Source: Propionibacteriaceae bacterium (GTDB taxonomy: Bacteria > Actinomycetota > Actinomycetes > Propionibacteriales > Propionibacteriaceae). Taken from it: DNA of 32,000 nt. Below the pieces are notes generated by a model. That model saw nothing but the letters and a program-made list of their open reading frames with translations. It had not been told where the DNA came from and searched no databases. Shown in pieces: positions 26,538 to 32,000 of the stretch (positions are counted from its first letter, which is position 1; the number at the start of each line of letters is the position of its first letter). The stretch spans positions 28,687 to 60,686 of the forward strand of contig JAIRQE010000007.1 of NCBI GenBank assembly GCA_031256725.1. The letters are read 5' to 3'. The position numbers were made by a program, and so were the translations under genes.

Positions 26538-26568
26538 ATAAAAAAGCGCCCCGGGTGATGGGGGCGCT
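26538..26568 (-). terminator. Rho-independent terminator after rpsT
   Basis: Minus strand reads AGCGCCCC-catcaccc-GGGGCGCT followed by TTTTTTAT (plus-strand stem arms at 26545-26552 and 26561-26568). It starts 13 nt after the rpsT stop. Confidence 0.85.
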
Positions 26569-26580
26569 GGAGCCCTAGGT

Positions 26581-26841
26581 CTATACTGACTGGGCAGCTC
26601 GCGTAATCGAAGACTTGCGATTTGCTGCGTTATTGGCGTGGATCACACCTTTGGTGACTGCCTTATCGAGGCTGCGGCATGCAATTCTCGCCAATTCGGT
26701 GGCCTTCTCGGCGTTACCTTCCGCGACGGCCTCGCGAACCTTACGGATCTCGGTGCGCAGCTTGGATTTGACTGCCTTATTGCGAAGACGAGCGATCTCA
26801 TTGGTCTTGATTCGCTTGATCTGCGACTTGATGTTTGCCAC
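26581..26841 (-). CDS. rpsT: 30S ribosomal protein S20
   Basis: GTG start. Begins [30 protein letters not shown]; contains [14 protein letters not shown]. Confidence 0.96.
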   Translation of the reverse strand: MANIKSQIKRIKTNEIARLRNKAVKSKLRTEIRKVREAVAEGNAEKATELARIACRSLDKAVTKGVIHANNAANRKSSITRAAQSV

Positions 26842-26961
26842 TTGGTTCTACCTTTTCAACAATAGTGTGCGTACACGCAAGGGTTTACTGTACCAGGGTT
26901 TGAGGTCACGCCAAAATCCGGCGCAACCTCGCGTGCCGAGTCTAGCGTACAGGGGTACGAA

Positions 26962-27507
26962 TCACATAGAGATGATCTTGTCAGGATCGACTGTATGTGG
27001 GGTTCCTGGCTCGACTGCGTACCCTAGAAGGACTGCGACCGAGAACTCGAAGCCCTCAGGGATGTACGTAGCTTTGATGGTTTCGTCCTTGAAAGCGACC
27101 AAGGGTATAGCCGCTATACAGGAGTTCACGCCTAGGGAGGCTGCCGCAAGTGCGATATGAGAGGCTGCGATACCGGTGTCCATCGAGACGGGGTACGGAC
27201 TGTCTAAGATCTCGCCAGCGATAACGATCAGGGCTGTGGCGTTGTAGAGCATGGTACCGCCGCGGTCCATCATGCGGGAGTGTCCAGCTGGATCGAATTC
27301 TTTGAGACGTTCCATACCAATGGCATCGATCTTCTCGATGGCTGACTTGTCAGAGATGACAATGAATCTCCACGGTTGGCGGTTGCGGGCACTAGGGGCA
27401 TGAATTCCCGCTTGAGCAATGTGGCGAAGCTTCTCTGGGTCAACAGGGGTGTCGGTAAAGGCGCGACAGGAGTACCGATTGGCAATCACAGCAAGTGTTT
27501 CAGTCAT
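26962..27507 (-). CDS. Nitroreductase-family flavoprotein
   Basis: Contains IANRYSCRAFTDTPVDPEKLRHIAQAGIHAPSARNRQPWRFIVI, the typical nitroreductase N-terminal signature. 181 aa. Confidence 0.85.
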   Translation of the reverse strand: MTETLAVIANRYSCRAFTDTPVDPEKLRHIAQAGIHAPSARNRQPWRFIVISDKSAIEKIDAIGMERLKEFDPAGHSRMMDRGGTMLYNATALIVIAGEILDSPYPVSMDTGIAASHIALAAASLGVNSCIAAIPLVAFKDETIKATYIPEGFEFSVAVLLGYAVEPGTPHTVDPDKIISM

Positions 27508-27552
27508 AGGTACAGTTCTATCATGGTTCGGCCTTACTTGAATTCAGGACAA

Positions 27553-27664
27553 GCGCAAGGTGGGGTACATAAGTATCCTTCTTTCGGGGGTAAGTCCAGT
27601 GGCGTAAAACTGTCGATGATCAATTTGCGCAATTCACGTTCGATGAATGTACCCCACCCTGCGC
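27553..27664. repeat. 18-bp inverted repeat (17/18 match) separated by 76 bp in a divergent intergenic region
   Basis: GCGCAAGGTGGGGTACAT (27553-27570) pairs with ATGTACCCCACCCTGCGC (27647-27664). The spacer contains the palindrome TTGCGCAA. Confidence 0.7.
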
Positions 27665-27849
27665 GTACATGAGCTTGTCGTTCCACGAAGAAGAGATTCT
27701 GAATTGTTATCCCTAGTTCTTCAGTGCATCCCATGGCATAGTTGACCTCTACTAGTGAGATGGCCTAAAACCAGGAATAAACCGAAAACTATGAACGTTG
27801 ACAAAGGTGATGATCTTCCATGAGTGAGGACAACTGAAAGGAAGTTACC

Positions 27850-28311
27850 ATGAAGAAAAGGAAACTGTCGGTTGTTAGCCTTGTCGTAGGTATTGCTACC
27901 GGTATTTCCCTAGCCGGAGCAATGTATTTAGCAGGAGGGGCAATGACAAATAGAGATAACACAGCCTCAGGTCCAGTCGACAAGGGTAGTGAAAAGATTC
28001 AGGGTTCCTGGGCGCTCGTTTCTTGGAGTGATGCTGCGGAGATTCCAGAGGTACCTATCACCCTCATTATTGAGTCACCCCTTGTTTTTGGTGTCTCGGC
28101 CTGCAATAACTATTCAGGCCCGATCACTATCAAAGGGGATTCTTGGAAAGTCGGTGAGTTGGCCACAACCATGATGTACTGCATGGATACTGCTGAAGCA
28201 GAGACGACCTACCTTGCTCTCTTCAACTCAGTTGACACCTGGTTCCTTGATGGTGGATCCCTAGTTCTCACATCGAACGGGGTCGAGGTCCTTAGATTCG
28301 ACAAGGCCTAA
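27850..28311 (+). CDS. META-domain (HslJ-like) exported or membrane-anchored protein
   Basis: N-terminal hydrophobic segment LSVVSLVVGIATGISLAGAMYLAGG, then GSWALVSW...ACNNYSGPITIKGDSWKVGELATTMMYC, typical of META domains. Confidence 0.75.
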   Translation: MKKRKLSVVSLVVGIATGISLAGAMYLAGGAMTNRDNTASGPVDKGSEKIQGSWALVSWSDAAEIPEVPITLIIESPLVFGVSACNNYSGPITIKGDSWKVGELATTMMYCMDTAEAETTYLALFNSVDTWFLDGGSLVLTSNGVEVLRFDKA

Positions 28312-29087
28312 GACAAAGCGTTGACCATCTGAGTCACATATTCCTTAAGGACCTCATCGGCGTGCGATCCATGTGCGCTGATGAGGTTCACTATTGCGCT
28401 ACCCACGATGACTCCATCAGCTTGGGCTGACATGGCAGCAACCTGGTCTGGGGTTGAGATCCCGAAACCGACTGCCACGGGTACATCACTCACCCTGCGG
28501 ATCTCAGCCACAATCGAGGAGATGTCTGTGTTGATTTCGGTACGTACCCCTGTCACTCCCATGGAACTCACAAGGTAGATGAAGCCTGTGGCATCCTGGG
28601 CAATTCGCCGTACTCGATCAGCTGAGGTTGGGGCGATCATAGAGATGAGGCAGACCCCCGCCTCACGGGTGATCTGGCACAGTTCACCATGTTCCTCGAA
28701 GGGGAGATCGGGGATAATCACCGCATCCACACCCATCTTGGCCGCCTTCGTGAAGAAGGCCTCATAGCCGTAGTGATGGACTGGGTTGAGATAGGTCATC
28801 AGAGCCAGCGGAACAGTGATTCCATCATGGCGGAGGGTCTGGATAAGGGTGAGCAGGTCTTCCAGGGTCGTACCACTGCTCAGAGCCCTAGCACTCGCTG
28901 CCTGAATAGTGGGTCCCTCAGCGATCGGATCAGAGAAGGGTACCCCGATCTCAACCAATGAGGCACCCGCATCGACGAGTACCCGAACATAACGGCGGGT
29001 GTCCTCCAAGGTGGGGTCACCACCAGTAACGAACCCAATAAAAGCCTTGGATGTGAATGCTTCCCGAATCCGATCAGCTGAACTCAT
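28308..29087 (-). CDS. trpA: Tryptophan synthase alpha subunit
   Basis: Contains [17 protein letters not shown]...[21 protein letters not shown]...GVTG...VGFGIS. ATGA overlap with trpB. Confidence 0.95.
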   Translation of the reverse strand: MSSADRIREAFTSKAFIGFVTGGDPTLEDTRRYVRVLVDAGASLVEIGVPFSDPIAEGPTIQAASARALSSGTTLEDLLTLIQTLRHDGITVPLALMTYLNPVHHYGYEAFFTKAAKMGVDAVIIPDLPFEEHGELCQITREAGVCLISMIAPTSADRVRRIAQDATGFIYLVSSMGVTGVRTEINTDISSIVAEIRRVSDVPVAVGFGISTPDQVAAMSAQADGVIVGSAIVNLISAHGSHADEVLKEYVTQMVNALS

Positions 29088-30268
29088 GATTCCATCATCT
29101 CCTTGCCCCTGTGCCGTGCGATGGCGGCCACATCCTTGTCACCACGTCCCGAAAGGCAGATAATCACCGAATCATCTGGACTCACACTCGGGACGAGTTC
29201 TAGGGCATGGGCCACAGCATGGGCTGACTCAATCGCTGGGATGATTCCCTCCATACGGGAGAGGTACTCGAATCCTTCAACAGCATCATCATCAGTCACG
29301 GGTACATATCTGGCCCGACCCGTGTCATGGAGCCAAGCATGTTCTGGACCGATTCCTGGATAGTCGAGTCCTGCAGAGATCGAATGGACGGGCGCAATCT
29401 GTCCAACCTCATCCTGACAGAAATAGGATTTCATTCCGTGGAAGACGCCCAGGGTTCCGGTTGCGATAGTTGCAGCAGTACGAGCAGTGTCAATCCCCAC
29501 TCCAGCGGCCTCACAACCGATCAACTGAACCCCAGCATCCTCAATGAATCGATGGAAGATACCTATGGCATTACTCCCGCCACCCACACAGGCCAGTACA
29601 GCAGCAGGGAGTTTTCCTTCCAACTCAAGGATTTGGGCCCTTGCTTCGCGCCCAATCACTGATTGGAAGTCACGCACAATGGTGGGGAAGGGATGGGGTC
29701 CCATCACTGAACCCAAAACATAGTGGGTATCCGAGACCCGACGGGTCCACTCGCGCATAGTATCGTTGACAGCATCTTTCAGGGTTTGGGTACCCGAGGT
29801 CACCGGATGTACAGTCGCTCCCAGCAACTCCATGCGATAAACATTGAGGGCTTGACGTTCAGTATCTTCTTTCCCCATAAAGATCTCACATTCAAGGCCA
29901 AGTAATGCGGCAGCCGTGGCAGTCGCCACTCCATGTTGACCCGCACCAGTCTCGGCGATCACCCTGGTTTTTCCCATTCTCTTGGTTAACAGAGCTTGGC
30001 CTAGGACATTGTTGATCTTGTGTGACCCAGTGTGGTTGAGATCCTCACGTTTGAGGTAAACCTTCGCGCCACCGAGATCCTTGGTCATCTTTTTGGCGAA
30101 GTAGAGTCCCGATGGACGTCCAGCATAATCACGAAGAAGGCCATCAAGTTCTGCGAGGAATTCGGGATCATCCTTGAGGCTGAGGTAGGTTTCCTCCAAG
30201 GTGTGGAGTTCATTCATGAGGGTTTCAGGAATGTACTGACCCCCATGGATACCGAATCGACCGATCAT
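29084..30268 (-). CDS. trpB: Tryptophan synthase beta subunit
   Basis: Contains [32 protein letters not shown] and GGGSNAIG. Confidence 0.97.
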   Translation of the reverse strand: MIGRFGIHGGQYIPETLMNELHTLEETYLSLKDDPEFLAELDGLLRDYAGRPSGLYFAKKMTKDLGGAKVYLKREDLNHTGSHKINNVLGQALLTKRMGKTRVIAETGAGQHGVATATAAALLGLECEIFMGKEDTERQALNVYRMELLGATVHPVTSGTQTLKDAVNDTMREWTRRVSDTHYVLGSVMGPHPFPTIVRDFQSVIGREARAQILELEGKLPAAVLACVGGGSNAIGIFHRFIEDAGVQLIGCEAAGVGIDTARTAATIATGTLGVFHGMKSYFCQDEVGQIAPVHSISAGLDYPGIGPEHAWLHDTGRARYVPVTDDDAVEGFEYLSRMEGIIPAIESAHAVAHALELVPSVSPDDSVIICLSGRGDKDVAAIARHRGKEMMES

Positions 30269-31740
30269 AGTGACACCCCTGATCCTTGGGCTGCGTGATG
30301 CCCACGTACTGCTGAAATGAAACCCTGGATCTTCGCAGGGTCTTTTATCCCTCCAGTCTCAACCCCGCTGCTGACATCGACACCATAGACTCCTAAGGTG
30401 AGGGCAGATTTCACGGTTTCCTGGGTTAAACCCCCAGCAAGAAAGAAGGGTGGCAGGTTCGGATGGTGACGTATATCTTCGAGGAGGGACCAGTCGAAGC
30501 TGATTCCTGAACCAGGTTCAGCCCCATCGAAGAGAATATAATCTGGGTCTGCTTGGCTTGCTGCCGCGAAACCGGCACCGTCACGGATTGTGGAGGCATT
30601 GATGATGGGTACCCCGGGCAGGGCTTTACGAAGGGCCATGATGTAGGGCTCATCCTCAATGCCATGAAGTTGGACCATCGAAATGCTCTTGAACTGTACA
30701 GCGGAAACAATCTCTTGAATGGGAGCATTAACGAAGACACCCACTGTGATGATTCTTGGATTGAGAAGAGTACGAAGTTCGCAAGCCTTACCAAGGGTGA
30801 CATAGCGTGTACTGGGTTCATGGAAGACGAAGCCCACATATTCGGGCAGGGTGTAGTTGAGGACCGGGATGTCCTCCTCGCGGCTGATCCCACAAATTTT
30901 GATGGCGGGACACAGTGACTGCTGGCCCATGGGTGTGGCGAAGGCATGAACAGCAGCATTGCGCATCTCACGCAGGAATCCCCTGCGATCCTCAGCCCTC
31001 ACCAGAGATTCCCCAACCAGTACAGCATCAGCTCTCATGCGTACAGCCTGGGCCGCATCAGCAGGTGTGGTGACCCCCGACTCCGAAACAAAGATTCGAT
31101 CCTCAGGTACAAGGCTGCGCAAGTCAGCACTATTGGCAGTATTAACACTGAAGTCGTGGAGGTTACGGTTGTTGACCCCAATGACTCGTGCTCCGACTCG
31201 TACCGCTTGTTGGATCTCTTCAGCATTATGGGCTTCCACAAGGCAGGAAAGGCCAAGACTGGTAGCGAGACCCAGAGCCTCCTCCAGCTGGGAGTCACTG
31301 AGCAGGGAACAGATCAGGAGGACGGCAGAGGCTCCCAAGGTTCTGGCCTGATAGATCTGATAGGGGTCGACCGTGAAATCCTTGCGCAGGATGGGTACAG
31401 CAACCCTAGTAGCGATCTCGGTGAGATGGGCATCAGATCCAAGGAAACGAGCTGGTTCAGTCAGTACAGAGATCGCAGCCGCACCTGCCAGTTGGTAGTC
31501 CATCGCGATGTCGAGGTAGGGGAAATCTGAGGCAATCAACCCCTTGGAGGGTGAGGCCTTCTTCACCTCGCAAATGAAACTCAGTCCGGGAGCTGACAGA
31601 GCCTGCTCAAAGAGGAAGCCTTCACGGATGGGGGTGTCATAGGCTTGTGCTCGCATGTCAGCCCTGCTCACAGCGAGGATATCGGCATCGACTCTTTGTC
31701 GAGCTTCCTGGGCGAGGGTGTTAAGGATAGTCATAATCAT
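30265..31740 (-). CDS. trpCF: Bifunctional indole-3-glycerol-phosphate synthase / phosphoribosylanthranilate isomerase (fused TrpC-TrpF)
   Basis: N-terminal half carries IGPS motifs ([45 protein letters not shown]). C-terminal half carries PRAI motifs ([12 protein letters not shown]..., [33 protein letters not shown]). It is a single 491-aa ORF. Confidence 0.93.
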   Translation of the reverse strand: MIMTILNTLAQEARQRVDADILAVSRADMRAQAYDTPIREGFLFEQALSAPGLSFICEVKKASPSKGLIASDFPYLDIAMDYQLAGAAAISVLTEPARFLGSDAHLTEIATRVAVPILRKDFTVDPYQIYQARTLGASAVLLICSLLSDSQLEEALGLATSLGLSCLVEAHNAEEIQQAVRVGARVIGVNNRNLHDFSVNTANSADLRSLVPEDRIFVSESGVTTPADAAQAVRMRADAVLVGESLVRAEDRRGFLREMRNAAVHAFATPMGQQSLCPAIKICGISREEDIPVLNYTLPEYVGFVFHEPSTRYVTLGKACELRTLLNPRIITVGVFVNAPIQEIVSAVQFKSISMVQLHGIEDEPYIMALRKALPGVPIINASTIRDGAGFAAASQADPDYILFDGAEPGSGISFDWSLLEDIRHHPNLPPFFLAGGLTQETVKSALTLGVYGVDVSSGVETGGIKDPAKIQGFISAVRGHHAAQGSGVSL

Positions 31741-32000
31741 GGTTGGTTGGTGAGTGTGACGAACTGGTCGAGTTGGGCTTGGGCTTTACCTGAGACGATT
31801 GTATCGCGGGCGATCTCCACTGCATCCCCGAGGCTGAGGTCTTCGCGAGCAATATAGAGGGCTGCGGCTGAATTGAGGAGTACTGCGTCGGTCTTCGGGC
31901 CCTGATCACCTGCAAGGATACCGCGGGTGATTGCGGCATTCTCGTGGGGGGTACCGCCGACGATATCCTCCTTCTTGCACAGGGTGAACCCAAGTTTCTC
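31737..32000 (-). CDS. trpD: Anthranilate phosphoribosyltransferase, C-terminal fragment (5' end outside the window)
   Basis: My own translation of the open minus-strand frame from 32000 gives EKLGFTLCKKEDIVGGTPHENAAITRGILAGDQGPKTDAVLLNSAAALYIARED...TNQP*. The stop is at 31737-31739 in an ATGA overlap with the trpCF start. The ORF-track 31721..31993 ORF is in a different, non-homologous frame. Confidence 0.85.
   Translation of the reverse strand, partial: EKLGFTLCKKEDIVGGTPHENAAITRGILAGDQGPKTDAVLLNSAAALYIAREDLSLGDAVEIARDTIVSGKAQAQLDQFVTLTNQP

Noticed and set aside
27534-27734. 66-aa minus-strand ORF spanning the 18-bp inverted repeat.
   Set aside because: No RBS or domain was found. Both repeat arms would be translated (HVRAGWGTF / YLCTPPCAC), which fits chance openness better than a gene. 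A gene relic cannot be excluded.
31721-31993. ORF-track 90-aa minus-strand ORF at the window end.
   Set aside because: It is in the wrong frame. The frame that is open to the window edge translates to a clear TrpD C-terminus (GGTPHENAAITRGILAG...LLNSAAALY), so that frame is annotated instead.

Overview
The window is mostly core housekeeping DNA from a mid/high-GC actinobacterium; the Actinomycetales-like assignment is an inference from protein N-termini, r-protein tail extensions and the ValRS type. I see no mobile element, CRISPR array, tRNA/rRNA gene or obvious defence island.

Layout:
- 1-1360: 3' end of an FtsX-type ABC permease gene, a small XRE/HipB-like regulator with a HipA-N-terminal-like remnant, and a long leader.
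- 1361-13150 (+): a contiguous S10-spc ribosomal protein cluster, rpsJ-rplC-rplD-rplW-rplB-rpsS-rplV-rpsC-rplP-rpmC-rpsQ-rplN-rplX-rplE-rpsN-rpsH-rplF-rplR-rpsE-rpmD-rplO-secY. It ends at a strong intrinsic terminator.
- 13361-32000: all but one gene lie on the minus strand. These are glpCBA (anaerobic glycerol-3-phosphate dehydrogenase), valS, a 668-673 aa single-chain ECF-sigma/ZAS-anti-sigma/TM/Ig-like protein, a membrane-anchored DsbA/MdbA-like oxidoreductase, a PY-repeat membrane protein, an MFS transporter, rpsT, a nitroreductase, a lone plus-strand META-domain gene, and trpA-trpB-trpCF-trpD(partial).

Most interesting observations:
1. The fused sigma/anti-sigma membrane protein carries a complete C-x26-H-x3-C-x2-C zinc motif and sits beside a thiol-disulfide oxidoreductase.
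2. Ribosomal protein L4 is almost doubled in length by an acidic PVEE-repeat spacer plus a small conserved-looking C-terminal module.
3. Lys/Ala/Thr-rich tails recur on L22 and L4 and, unexpectedly, on GlpA.
4. Three phased 22-bp direct repeats lie at the secY/glpC convergent junction, where the usual adk-map-infA-rpmJ-rpsM-rpsK-rpsD-rpoA-rplQ continuation is missing.
5. The MFS transporter leader has a terminator/antiterminator-like arrangement.
6. The trp operon is of the fused-trpCF type.

All homology statements come from reading the translations by eye; no database search was run.
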